In this document: positions 49,946 through 58,650 of the stretch, one piece after another
How positions within the stretch are numbered: position 1 is the stretch's first letter
Layout: each line of letters opens with the position of its first letter
Source: Escherichia phage Ge15
DNA: 64,000 bases
Sequence record: PP359696.1
Direction: 5' to 3' (one strand)
Position numbers and translations under genes: made by a program
The notes under the pieces: model-generated
What the model saw: only the letters and a program-made list of their open reading frames with translations
Databases searched by the model: none
What the model was told of the DNA's origin: nothing

Positions 49946-50421
49946 TTGTAAAATATATCAAGGGCGATATTGTCGCCCTCTTTCTTGAAGGTAATATTAT
50001 TGCGCACGGGTGCAATTGTTTTCATACAATGGGCAGTGGTGTAGCTGGTCAATTAGCAAGAGCCTATCCCAAAATTTTAGAAATAGATAAGACCACAACT
50101 GAATATGGTTCGCGTGAAAAACTCGGTGATATGTCTATTGTTTTTAAACATAAACCTAATGGTTTTGGCATATGTTATAACTTGTATACGCAATACGAAC
50201 CAGGTCCTAATCTTGATTATGGTGCTTTAGTAAACTGCATGATAGAATTAAATCTACAGGCAGAAACCCTTTTGTTTAAACCGGTAATTTACATTCCACG
50301 CATAGGTTGTGGTATTGCTGGCGGCGATTGGGATAAGGTTTCTAAATTAATCGACATGTTTACTCCTGATATTGATTTAATAGTGGTGGATTATGAAAGT
50401 GCATTACCCGCATCCGTTTGA
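49942..50421 (+). CDS. Macro domain protein (ADP-ribose binding/processing fold)
   Basis: KGDIVAL...IAHGCNCFHTMGSGVAGQLARAYP and IPRIGCGIAGGDWD match the two glycine-rich macro-domain motifs. Confidence 0.7.
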   Translation: MIVKYIKGDIVALFLEGNIIAHGCNCFHTMGSGVAGQLARAYPKILEIDKTTTEYGSREKLGDMSIVFKHKPNGFGICYNLYTQYEPGPNLDYGALVNCMIELNLQAETLLFKPVIYIPRIGCGIAGGDWDKVSKLIDMFTPDIDLIVVDYESALPASV

Positions 50422-50605
50422 TCCTAAAAACAAAGCAGTAATTATTCGTCAATGGGAACGCATTTGCCGTACTAAATGTCCAATTAATAGTCCACATGAT
50501 GTAGATAAAGACTACATTGGAACATTCGTTGAATATACCTTTATTGATAAGAAAGGTCGTAAACAACATGTAGAAGAATATTGCTTAAAGGTTACATGGT
50601 TATGA
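50393..50605 (+). CDS. Hypothetical small protein
   Basis: 70-aa ORF. Confidence 0.4.
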   Translation: MKVHYPHPFDPKNKAVIIRQWERICRTKCPINSPHDVDKDYIGTFVEYTFIDKKGRKQHVEEYCLKVTWL

Positions 50606-50626
50606 GCCAAACTAGTATTCTTAAAA

Positions 50627-50809
50627 ATGCCCACTGTGAAAAGTGTAAGTGGCCGGTTGTTTTTTGCTTTATGCAACGATGAAATGGCTTGTGATTTCGA
50701 TTATTGGTGCTATTGTTCTAATAAAGGATGCATCAATCATAAAGGTGAAGGATTTTATTCAGGATTTTACCCTTATCCTGATTTCGTTAAAGAAGGTAAA
50801 CCAAAATGA
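50627..50809 (+). CDS. Cysteine-rich small protein
   Basis: 60 aa with eight Cys. Confidence 0.4.
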   Translation: MPTVKSVSGRLFFALCNDEMACDFDYWCYCSNKGCINHKGEGFYSGFYPYPDFVKEGKPK

Positions 50810-50982
50810 ATGATGATTTAAAATATCAATTATTACGTGAACTTGATGTTTTGATTGAACTTTCTGCACAAAAAGGATTTATAATTGGATCGGGTCAAAA
50901 AGACCCCAACGGTCATTCAATCGTAGCGGTTATGAATCAGAAACGAGTCATTTTAAAACTTTTGGGGATTGACATACTGTGA
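50806..50982 (+). CDS. Hypothetical small protein (58 aa, below ORF-track cutoff)
   Basis: ATG after RBS, open to TGA at 50980-50982, ATGA overlap upstream. Confidence 0.4.
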   Translation: MNDDLKYQLLRELDVLIELSAQKGFIIGSGQKDPNGHSIVAVMNQKRVILKLLGIDIL

Positions 50983-51164
50983 GCCTAAGCAAAGAACAAA
51001 AAGATAAATTGTTTGAGCTTATCCATGAACTTCTAGATGAGCATGCAGAAGCAAACACCTTTTATGATGAATACGGCCCGCTATCTCCCGAACAGCAGGA
51101 AGAATTTGCTGATCGGTTTGATAAGAAAGAAAATGAATTAATAGCTTATGTGAATACGCTTTAA
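50979..51164 (+). CDS. Hypothetical acidic small protein (GTG start)
   Basis: 61-aa ORF overlapping upstream stop. Confidence 0.4.
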   Translation: MSLSKEQKDKLFELIHELLDEHAEANTFYDEYGPLSPEQQEEFADRFDKKENELIAYVNTL

Positions 51165-51173
51165 GAAGGTGAT

Positions 51174-51755
51174 ATGGCGAGTTTAATTTTTACTTATGCA
51201 GCAATGAATGCTGGAAAATCTGCTTCTCTTTTGACTGCTGCACATAATTATAAAGAACGTGGAATGAGTGTATTAGTTCTTAAGCCTGCTATTGATACTC
51301 GCGATTCTGTCTGTGAAGTTGTTTCTCGCATTGGAATTAAACAGGAAGCGAATATTATTACAGATGATATGGATATTTTCGAGTTCTATAAATGGGCTGA
51401 AGCACAAAAAGATATTCATTGCGTATTTGTAGATGAAGCTCAGTTTTTAAAAACTGAACAGGTGCACCAATTAAGCCGAATTGTTGATACATATAATGTT
51501 CCTGTTATGGCTTATGGATTAAGGACTGATTTCGCTGGAAAATTGTTTGAAGGTTCTAAAGAACTTTTAGCGATTGCAGATAAACTTATTGAACTAAAGG
51601 CAGTTTGTCATTGCGGCAAAAAAGCGATTATGACAGCTCGATTAATGGAAGATGGAACACCAGTTAAAGAAGGTAATCAAATCTGTATTGGTGATGAAAT
51701 TTATGTTTCTTTGTGCAGAAAACATTGGAATGAATTAACTAAAAAGCTTGGTTAG
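51174..51755 (+). CDS. tk: Thymidine kinase
   Basis: 193 aa; P-loop NAGKSASLL, VDEAQF and C-terminal Cys zinc motif. Confidence 0.92.
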   Translation: MASLIFTYAAMNAGKSASLLTAAHNYKERGMSVLVLKPAIDTRDSVCEVVSRIGIKQEANIITDDMDIFEFYKWAEAQKDIHCVFVDEAQFLKTEQVHQLSRIVDTYNVPVMAYGLRTDFAGKLFEGSKELLAIADKLIELKAVCHCGKKAIMTARLMEDGTPVKEGNQICIGDEIYVSLCRKHWNELTKKLG

Positions 51756-51797
51756 TGCAAAAGTTATAAATAGGTTTATCTAACTAAAGGGGTATAT

Positions 51798-52010
51798 ATG
51801 CTACAATTAACTGAAAAGCAACTTCGCAATCTTACTGTGCTTCAATTAGATGAAATTCGTAGGGAAGTTGGAAATATCATTTCAGCTTTGCGTCGAGAAG
51901 TATCACTCAACCAATCTCCGGCAGACTATACTAGATTGCGAAATTTTGAAAAATACCTTGATAAAGTTAAGGCCGTGCATCGGCATAAAGTAAATACAGG
52001 ACAAAAATGA
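51798..52010 (+). CDS. Hypothetical small protein (rI.-1 position)
   Basis: 70-aa ORF between tk and rI. Confidence 0.5.
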
Positions 52011-52022
52011 TAGGAGGCCTTT

Positions 52023-52316
52023 ATGGCCTTAAAAGCAACGGCACTATTTGCCATGCTAGGATTGTCATTTGTTTTATCTCCATCGATTGAAGCGAATGTC
52101 GATCCTCATTTTGATAAATTTATGGAATCTGGTATTAGGCACGTTTATATGCTTTTTGAAAATAAAAGCGTAGAATCGTCTGAACAATTCTATAGTTTTA
52201 TGAGAACGACCTATAAAAATGACCCGTGCTCTTCTGATTTTGAATGTATAGAACGAGGCGCGGAGATGGCACAATCATACGCTAGAATTATGAACATTAA
52301 ATTGGAGACTGAATGA
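52023..52316 (+). CDS. rI: Lysis inhibition regulator RI
   Basis: 97 aa; N-terminal signal-anchor MALKATALFAMLGLSFVLSPS; recognised as T4 RI. Confidence 0.88.
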   Translation: MALKATALFAMLGLSFVLSPSIEANVDPHFDKFMESGIRHVYMLFENKSVESSEQFYSFMRTTYKNDPCSSDFECIERGAEMAQSYARIMNIKLETE

Positions 52317-52699
52317 AATTCAGCGACTTTTCACAAAGTGGAAAACCTTCAAAGGCAGATGAATACTTAGGTTTATTAATGGCTGCACAAGCTTATTTTC
52401 ATTCTGCACATTTTGAAACTAAAAGTTATGCTAGACACAAAGCATACGATTTTATTTTCTCCGAGTTGCCAGATTTGATTGATAAATTTGGTGAGCAATA
52501 TTTGGGGTATTCTGGTAGAAAATACACACCTTCAATTCCAGATGCCAGTAAACTTCCTACCGACACAATTAAAATGATTGATCACATACTAGACCAATCT
52601 AACAGCATTTATAAAGAAATGCCTCCAGCCATCCAAAGCACGATAGATGATATTACTGGAATGTTTTACCAGAGTAAGTATCTTCTTTCCCTCGAATAA
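52313..52699 (+). CDS. Hypothetical protein (rI.1 position)
   Basis: 128-aa ORF overlapping rI stop. Confidence 0.5.
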   Translation: MKFSDFSQSGKPSKADEYLGLLMAAQAYFHSAHFETKSYARHKAYDFIFSELPDLIDKFGEQYLGYSGRKYTPSIPDASKLPTDTIKMIDHILDQSNSIYKEMPPAIQSTIDDITGMFYQSKYLLSLE

Positions 52700-52703
52700 C
52701 ATT

Positions 52704-52727
52704 AGTCTCCTTCGGGAGACTTTTTTC
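52704..52727 (+). terminator. Rho-independent terminator AGTCTCC-TTCG-GGAGACT plus T6
   Basis: Perfect UUCG hairpin and TTTTTT. Confidence 0.8.
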
Positions 52728-52736
52728 ATTTTACCG

Positions 52737-52775
52737 GTTTACTTTCCGTTTGAGCTGTGGTACTATACAACTATC
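52737..52775 (+). promoter_or_regulatory. T4-type early promoter (GTTTAC ... GGTACTATACAACTATC)
   Basis: Second copy of the identical -10 cassette. Confidence 0.7.
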
Positions 52776-52794
52776 GGATAAAGAGGAGAACATC

Positions 52795-52983
52795 ATGAAA
52801 ATTGAAGCACTCAATCAAGAAGGAAATATCTACGTCATCATTAATGGTGATTTTTTCGTCGACATGGATGAAGTTACTAGTGAAGAACTTGTAGAATTTC
52901 TTAAGAAACGTTATAATATGTGTGATGAAGTTGCAACTCACATGGCGTGTGCAATATTCTCTCTTTCATATGTGGTGGAATAA
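52795..52983 (+). CDS. Hypothetical small protein
   Basis: Start trimmed to MKIEALNQ after RBS GAGGAG. Confidence 0.5.
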   Translation: MKIEALNQEGNIYVIINGDFFVDMDEVTSEELVEFLKKRYNMCDEVATHMACAIFSLSYVVE

Positions 52984-53186
52984 TGATTAGTATCGAACAA
53001 GCGGATAAAATTAAGGAATTGGTAGCTTTAATTCGTAAAGCAGATGAGGAACTTAGTGACTTTGCTTGGTTTTCGTCAGGCATTGCAAATAAAAGTATTG
53101 AAGAACTTGAAGCTAAAGTTGATAATGCTTTAGAAGCGTTAGATATGTTTCTTGATGAAATTATCGATCATAATACGAGAGTTTAA
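52983..53186 (+). CDS. Small helical protein (tandem family member 1)
   Basis: Start trimmed to [13 protein letters not shown]. Confidence 0.45.
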   Translation: MISIEQADKIKELVALIRKADEELSDFAWFSSGIANKSIEELEAKVDNALEALDMFLDEIIDHNTRV

Positions 53187-53188
53187 TT

Positions 53189-53383
53189 ATGCTAACACGT
53201 GAACAGTTTGAAAAAATCATTAAATTAGCACGTGATATTGAAATAGATTCATATCAATTAGCAGTTGAGCATTGTGAAGGATATTCATACGACGGTATAG
53301 AAGCAGCTAAAAGAGATTTGGATAAATCCAAAGCTAAGTTAGTTCAATATCTTGAAATGATTAGGTGGAATAATGAAAACTGA
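53189..53383 (+). CDS. Small helical protein (tandem family member 2)
   Basis: 64 aa; MLTREQFEKIIKL. Confidence 0.45.
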   Translation: MLTREQFEKIIKLARDIEIDSYQLAVEHCEGYSYDGIEAAKRDLDKSKAKLVQYLEMIRWNNEN

Positions 53384-53546
53384 AAAGCAGATGTTTTTAA
53401 TGAAGCTAATTGAAGAATATGCTAATGCAGTTTCTGACTATGAGTATTCTGCTCGGGAAAGAGGTACAGCTTTCGCAAAAGAAGAAATGAAAATCATGGT
53501 TGATGCTCACACAAAGCTTCAGAATTTTATTGAAAACGTCATTTAA
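53373..53546 (+). CDS. Small helical protein (tandem family member 3; 57 aa, below track cutoff)
   Basis: ATG after RBS AGGTGG, open to TAA at 53544-53546. Confidence 0.4.
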   Translation: MKTEKQMFLMKLIEEYANAVSDYEYSARERGTAFAKEEMKIMVDAHTKLQNFIENVI

Positions 53547-53548
53547 TG

Positions 53549-53579
53549 GTTTACAAGTTGGCAAGGTTATGGTATAGTA
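53549..53579 (+). promoter_or_regulatory. T4-type early promoter
   Basis: gtttacaagttggcaaggttatggtatagta. Confidence 0.6.
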
Positions 53580-53710
53580 ATCTTGTCAACTGCCAAGGAG
53601 AAGAGAATGAAAGTTTTGTTTGTTGTGTATGTGGTGATTCAATATAATTACCCAATGTTTACTTATAATCTGGTGAACAACATTATTGATATGATTCAGA
53701 GGAGTATGTA

Positions 53711-54256
53711 ATGACGGTAGCGGCGAAACGATTAGTATTAGAAGTTAGTTCACTTTTTGGTGAATTGGCTATAGAAAAAGTAAATAATATGTATCGTTTG
53801 ACACAAGAAGACGATATGCTGTATTTTACGCCTAGTGAAATCATTCATTTAACCAAAATTGAAAATCCTTATACTGATAAAATTGTAAGCATTAATGATG
53901 AGCATAAAATTCATTTTTATTCTTCATGCCCAGGATTTAATATTGAAAGCGAGTCAATATGCTTATCAGTTATCCATTGGGATAGTTTTATAGATAAGAT
54001 TAAATATTTTTATTATTCTAATGAAAGAAAACATAGTTTAAAATGGTTTAAAAATTGCAATGCTATTATTACTAACGCTTGCAATCAGAATGATGAAACT
54101 GTTTTAAACGTATCAAAATGTTATGAAGATGGAGATGTCTTAACTATTCGTCAAATTGATGATTTTCGAGCACATATTGTCACATTTACCAAAGACGAAG
54201 CTATTGCACTAAAGACTTATCTTGATTCTGTCATTCCAACTATGATTTCAAAGTGA
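53711..54256 (+). CDS. Hypothetical protein (paralog pair member A)
   Basis: 181 aa; shares GFNIE and C-terminal A.LK.YL..V.P.M motifs with next ORF. Confidence 0.5.
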   Translation: MTVAAKRLVLEVSSLFGELAIEKVNNMYRLTQEDDMLYFTPSEIIHLTKIENPYTDKIVSINDEHKIHFYSSCPGFNIESESICLSVIHWDSFIDKIKYFYYSNERKHSLKWFKNCNAIITNACNQNDETVLNVSKCYEDGDVLTIRQIDDFRAHIVTFTKDEAIALKTYLDSVIPTMISK

Positions 54257-54262
54257 GGAAAT

Positions 54263-54784
54263 ATGTTTATTTCAAGTGAAAGTGGTTTAATTCGTGTTGA
54301 ATTTAAAAATGACATCTTTCTTATTCAAGGAGATGATATTATTAAAATGAGTTATGACGAAATCAAGAAAATTTGTCATGCTCTTGAAAGTCATGGAAAA
54401 GTGAACGCTGTTATTGATATTGGCGATTTATGGGTGACACTTTATGAAGTATCCGAAGGATTTAACATTGAAGATGAAAATAACATTTTAGCTATTGATA
54501 AAAGAACTGATTTGCTTGATGTGTTAAAAGTTTATGAACAGTCAAACGGTGGAAGAAAAGCTGTATTGATTTATCAAAAACCGCATTCATGTGGAACTGC
54601 TTCAATCATTTCAAATATTGAAGGCGAAGTTGATACTTATATGTGTGTTTTAAAAGCTGGTGGTGACCGTCATCCGGATTTTATTTCTATTCGTCAAAAC
54701 AATGGAGAAATTTCATTATCAAAATCAGAAGCTGAAGCTATGATTAAGTATTTAACAACCGTTACGCCTTCAATGAAAGGATAA
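54263..54784 (+). CDS. Hypothetical protein (paralog pair member B)
   Basis: 173 aa; see member A. Confidence 0.5.
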   Translation: MFISSESGLIRVEFKNDIFLIQGDDIIKMSYDEIKKICHALESHGKVNAVIDIGDLWVTLYEVSEGFNIEDENNILAIDKRTDLLDVLKVYEQSNGGRKAVLIYQKPHSCGTASIISNIEGEVDTYMCVLKAGGDRHPDFISIRQNNGEISLSKSEAEAMIKYLTTVTPSMKG

Positions 54785-54786
54785 TT

Positions 54787-55248
54787 ATGATTATTAATGA
54801 AAACTCTTGGCACTATAAATTATTCAAATTGTTTAACGATGAATGGCAACGACCTAAGACATTATGCGCATATTTTTGGTCTATTGCCATTCCTACATTT
54901 TTCGTTTCTATTTTTGGATGTGTTATACTCGTAGGGCTAACAATTATTTGTGCAGAAAGCCTACAACGTTGGCTTATTTTCGGTAGTTTATGGACTCTTC
55001 TTCCATCGGCATTTATACTTGCACTTTTGGTTGTTTTACTTATTATCGGTTCATTTGTTATTCCTGCACATTTGCGTGAAAAATATAAAGATTATAAATG
55101 GAAAAAGGATTATGCTTTACACGTAGAAAATATTGATAGGGCGTATAAAGGTTTACCTCCTATTCAACCCAAGAAATCGGTTATCGTTGAATTTTTAAAA
55201 GCTCGTAAAGCTAAAGTATGTCCTGTTATTGAATATAAGGCTGAATGA
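54787..55248 (+). CDS. Multi-TM membrane protein
   Basis: 153 aa with 3-4 hydrophobic helices; stop overlaps the NTase start. Confidence 0.5.
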   Translation: MIINENSWHYKLFKLFNDEWQRPKTLCAYFWSIAIPTFFVSIFGCVILVGLTIICAESLQRWLIFGSLWTLLPSAFILALLVVLLIIGSFVIPAHLREKYKDYKWKKDYALHVENIDRAYKGLPPIQPKKSVIVEFLKARKAKVCPVIEYKAE

Positions 55249-56258
55249 TGAAAACAGTAATGAAAAGCTATTTTGGTAGTCATCTTTATGGAACTTCTAC
55301 CCCAGAATCTGATGTAGATTTTAAAGAAATCTTTGTTCCTCCTGCTCGTGATATTCTTATCGGAAATGTTAAAGAGCATATGAGTAAAAATACCAACAAC
55401 ACATCATCTAAAAACACTAAAGATGATATTGACCACGAATTGTATAGTCTTAAGTATTTCTTTAAATTAGCAGCAGATGGTGAAACTGTAGCATTAGATA
55501 TGCTTCACACTCCACCTGAACTAGTGGTTAAATCTGATTTGCCTGATGTGTGGAAGTTTATTCAAGACAACCGTTCTCGTTTTTATACGACTAACATGAA
55601 ATCCTATTTAGGATATGTCCGCAAGCAAGCTTCTAAATACGGTGTCAAGGGTTCTCGTTTGGCTGCATTACGCGATGTATTGAAAGTAGTTAATCAAATC
55701 CCTGAGCAATGGGTTGATTACCAAGAAGACGGTTCCATTAAGCAGCGTCGTACTAAAGTTGAAGATATTAAGCATCGTCTTCCAGAAAACGAATTCTGTG
55801 AATGGGTGTTCCATAATCATGAGAAAACAGGTCCACAAACGTTCTATACAGTGCTGGGTCGTAAATATCAGACAACGCTTTCTCTTATTGAGCTTAAGCA
55901 GTCACTGAACAAATTAGATGCTGAATATGGTGAACGTGCTCGTAAAGCCGAAGCTAATGAAGGTATTGATTGGAAAGCACTAAGTCATGCTTGTCGTGGT
56001 GGACTTCAACTATTGGAAATTTACAAAACTGGCGACTTGATTTATCCACTCCAAGATGCTCCATTTATTCTCGACGTGAAGTTGGGTAAACATCCATTTA
56101 AAACAGTTCAAGAGTTTTTGGAAGATGTGGTCGATCAAGTAGAAGCAGCATCTACTGAAGCTTCTAAGAACGGTATGCAGCAAAAAGTAGACATGGGTTT
56201 CTGGGATGACTTCCTTGAGAAGGTCTATCTTGAAAACCACCGAAGTTATTATAAATGA
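55245..56258 (+). CDS. Predicted nucleotidyltransferase (Pol-beta superfamily signature)
   Basis: N-terminal GSHLYGTSTPESDVDF fits hG[GS]x9-13Dh[DE]h; 337 aa with helical C-terminal region. Confidence 0.55.
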   Translation: MMKTVMKSYFGSHLYGTSTPESDVDFKEIFVPPARDILIGNVKEHMSKNTNNTSSKNTKDDIDHELYSLKYFFKLAADGETVALDMLHTPPELVVKSDLPDVWKFIQDNRSRFYTTNMKSYLGYVRKQASKYGVKGSRLAALRDVLKVVNQIPEQWVDYQEDGSIKQRRTKVEDIKHRLPENEFCEWVFHNHEKTGPQTFYTVLGRKYQTTLSLIELKQSLNKLDAEYGERARKAEANEGIDWKALSHACRGGLQLLEIYKTGDLIYPLQDAPFILDVKLGKHPFKTVQEFLEDVVDQVEAASTEASKNGMQQKVDMGFWDDFLEKVYLENHRSYYK

Positions 56259-56260
56259 TA

Positions 56261-56286
56261 GGGAGCCTTCGGGCTCCCTTTTTTAT
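56261..56286 (+). terminator. Rho-independent terminator GGGAGCC-TTCG-GGCTCCC plus T-run
   Basis: Perfect UUCG hairpin followed by TTTTTTATTT. Confidence 0.8.
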
Positions 56287-56308
56287 TTCAAAAATTTTTC
56301 ACAAAGTT

Positions 56309-56347
56309 GTTTACAAGCATAAAGCTTTATGGTACTATACAACTATC
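56309..56347 (+). promoter_or_regulatory. T4-type early promoter (GTTTAC ... GGTACTATACAACTATC)
   Basis: Third copy of the identical -10 cassette. Confidence 0.7.
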
Positions 56348-56376
56348 AAAACAAATGAGTAAATTGGAGATACAAA

Positions 56377-56577
56377 ATGACTACTTTGAATAAACGTTTC
56401 GGTAAAGCTAAATCTGGGTGTGCAGCTGAACGTCGTTATGTTTTCGCTCAGTTAGAAGATGTAGAGTATCAGATTAATCAAGTTCACATTACTGGTATCG
56501 AGCCTATGTGTGGCCTTGAAGCTCTTCGTGAAGTTCGTGACGGGTATCGTCGTGACATCGAAGAAATGTCAAAATAA
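56377..56577 (+). CDS. Hypothetical small protein
   Basis: 66-aa ORF with own promoter. Confidence 0.45.
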   Translation: MTTLNKRFGKAKSGCAAERRYVFAQLEDVEYQINQVHITGIEPMCGLEALREVRDGYRRDIEEMSK

Positions 56578-56616
56578 GTATACAAACTGATAGGACTATG
56601 TTATAGTAGTCCTATC
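56578..56616 (+). promoter_or_regulatory. T4-type early promoter variant (GTATAC) with inverted repeat GATAGGACTA / TAGTCCTATC
   Basis: gtatacaaactgataggactatgttatagtagtcctatc. Confidence 0.6.
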
Positions 56617-56634
56617 AAATCAAAGGAGAATAAA

Positions 56635-57603
56635 ATGAAAACTGTAACTATCAATAAGGGTATCTACTTTGGCAAAGAAATCTCTGGAACTTTTGAGCTC
56701 TTAGGCGAATGGTTCCCAGATAATGCTCCGGTAGATGCACAAGGAGATGGTAAAGTTTTTGTTGAAATTGACGGTAAACGTCGCGGTGTTTGGGTTTACA
56801 AATCAGATATTTCATATGATGGTGTAAAAGTTGAAGAAGTTAAAGAATCGTATGAAGATATGAAAACCCGCATTAATAAAAGATTTAATGTTATGGGAAT
56901 GATGACGAATGGTATTATTAATGGAAATATTCGTTCATTAATTATCTCTGGCGCAGCAGGTATTGGTAAAACGTATTCTTTAGATAAAGCTTTAAATAAA
57001 GCAAATGATATTGGATACATTGAATATAAAAGCATTAATGGTAAAATCTCTGGTATCGGTCTTTATGAACAGCTTTGGAATAATCGTGAAGAGAATTCTG
57101 TCCTTTTGATTGATGATGTGGATGTTTTCTCTGATATGGACATTCTTAATCTTCTGAAAGCTGCTCTGGACACCGGAGAGACCCGCAAAGTCTGCTGGAG
57201 CACTGCATCTTCTTACTTAGAAGAAAAAGGCATTGAGCGTGAGTTTGAATTTAAAGGAACGATTGTTTTTATCACAAACGTTGACATTGACCGCGAATTA
57301 GACCGTGGTACTAAACTTGCTCCACATTTACAAGCATTAGTTTCCCGCTCGGTTTATTTAGATTTGGGTGTTCACACTAATGAAGAAATTATGGTCAGGG
57401 TTGAAGATGTTATTCTTTCAACTGACATGATGCAAAAACGCGGTCTTTCTGATGAAGAAACTTATAAAGCATTATCATGGATGAAAGTCAATGTTAATCG
57501 TTTACGCAATGTTTCACTGCGTACTGCACTTTATCTTGCTGACTTTATTATGACCGACAAAAACGGTTGGGAAGAAATCGCTGAGGTTACTCTTCTGAAA
57601 TAA
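56635..57603 (+). CDS. AAA+-type ATPase with N-terminal extra domain
   Basis: Walker A GAAGIGKT, Walker B VLLIDDVD, sensor-1-like VFITN; 322 aa. Confidence 0.6.
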   Translation: MKTVTINKGIYFGKEISGTFELLGEWFPDNAPVDAQGDGKVFVEIDGKRRGVWVYKSDISYDGVKVEEVKESYEDMKTRINKRFNVMGMMTNGIINGNIRSLIISGAAGIGKTYSLDKALNKANDIGYIEYKSINGKISGIGLYEQLWNNREENSVLLIDDVDVFSDMDILNLLKAALDTGETRKVCWSTASSYLEEKGIEREFEFKGTIVFITNVDIDRELDRGTKLAPHLQALVSRSVYLDLGVHTNEEIMVRVEDVILSTDMMQKRGLSDEETYKALSWMKVNVNRLRNVSLRTALYLADFIMTDKNGWEEIAEVTLLK

Positions 57604-57701
57604 TTCATAAGAGGCCTTCTATGACAAAAAGGCAGTTCAGAAATAGATTATATGGACTGCCATCAAAAAGATGACTAGAATTAAACTAGTAAATGGAGGT
57701 A

Positions 57702-58007
57702 ATGATGTTATACTCAAAGGCTCGTGAAATTTACGAAACTAAAATTAAAGAAGCAGTATTTCAGTTCGCAACAACGATGCGATGGACAAATGACTGGGAG
57801 TATTCAAAAAATCATAAGAAGCCCTTGGTGACAAGAAAGGCTCATATGTTAGTGTTAATAGACCGTGAGCAGATTAAAGCCCGAGAAGCCCTCCAGAATC
57901 ATAAAAAGGCTGCCTTTGAATGGTTTATGGATAATACTGCTCCTGAGACTAAGAAAGCGGTCAGCGCATGGTTCAGTGGAAAAAATTGTGAAAGAAGTTT
58001 CTTTTAG
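57702..58007 (+). CDS. Hypothetical protein
   Basis: Start after GGAGG RBS. Confidence 0.45.
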   Translation: MMLYSKAREIYETKIKEAVFQFATTMRWTNDWEYSKNHKKPLVTRKAHMLVLIDREQIKAREALQNHKKAAFEWFMDNTAPETKKAVSAWFSGKNCERSFF

Positions 58008-58009
58008 TT

Positions 58010-58048
58010 GTTTACAAGACCGTTCCTCTGTGGTACTATACAACTATC
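58010..58048 (+). promoter_or_regulatory. T4-type early promoter (GTTTAC ... GGTACTATACAACTATC) with flanking inverted repeat
   Basis: Fourth copy of the identical -10 cassette. Confidence 0.7.
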
Positions 58049-58067
58049 AACTACGGAGGAACACAAA

Positions 58068-58595
58068 ATGAACGCTAAAGATATTTTCAACCTGGTAAAT
58101 TACAACGATGGTAAATTTAAATCAGAAGCACAAAGCAAGTTCTTTAATGACATCTCAATCGGAGGTGAAATCACGGTTGATGGAGGACAAATTTACAAAT
58201 CCCGTTGGAATTGGATCGTTATTATTGATGAGATTGGTATCGTAGAAATTTATAAAAATACGAATAAAAATCGTACATTACACTGGTCTCGTGATACTAA
58301 CGAACAGTACAAAAAGGATAAAGCATCTAAATTATCTCGTGTAACTCAAGAAGATATTGAGTTCATCAAGAAAGATATTTTGATGTATGATAACTTAATT
58401 GCTGAAGAGCAAGCTGTTATTGATAAATTTGACGAGATTAAAGCTTCTCGTGAAATTCCTGATTTTATGAAAGAATCAGTAAATGAACGATACACTCTCA
58501 TTTCAGAGCGTATTGAAACTTACAAAAAGCAAAGAGCTGAACGCCAGAATACTCTTCGGAAGTTTGAAGAACGGTTAAAGACGGTACTCGCATAA
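58068..58595 (+). CDS. Hypothetical protein
   Basis: Start trimmed to MNAKDIFNL after RBS GGAGG. Confidence 0.5.
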   Translation: MNAKDIFNLVNYNDGKFKSEAQSKFFNDISIGGEITVDGGQIYKSRWNWIVIIDEIGIVEIYKNTNKNRTLHWSRDTNEQYKKDKASKLSRVTQEDIEFIKKDILMYDNLIAEEQAVIDKFDEIKASREIPDFMKESVNERYTLISERIETYKKQRAERQNTLRKFEERLKTVLA

Positions 58596-58650
58596 CCGCT
58601 TTATACCAAGGATGGTATAATGGTTCTAAGCCCTTTTAATTGAGATTATT

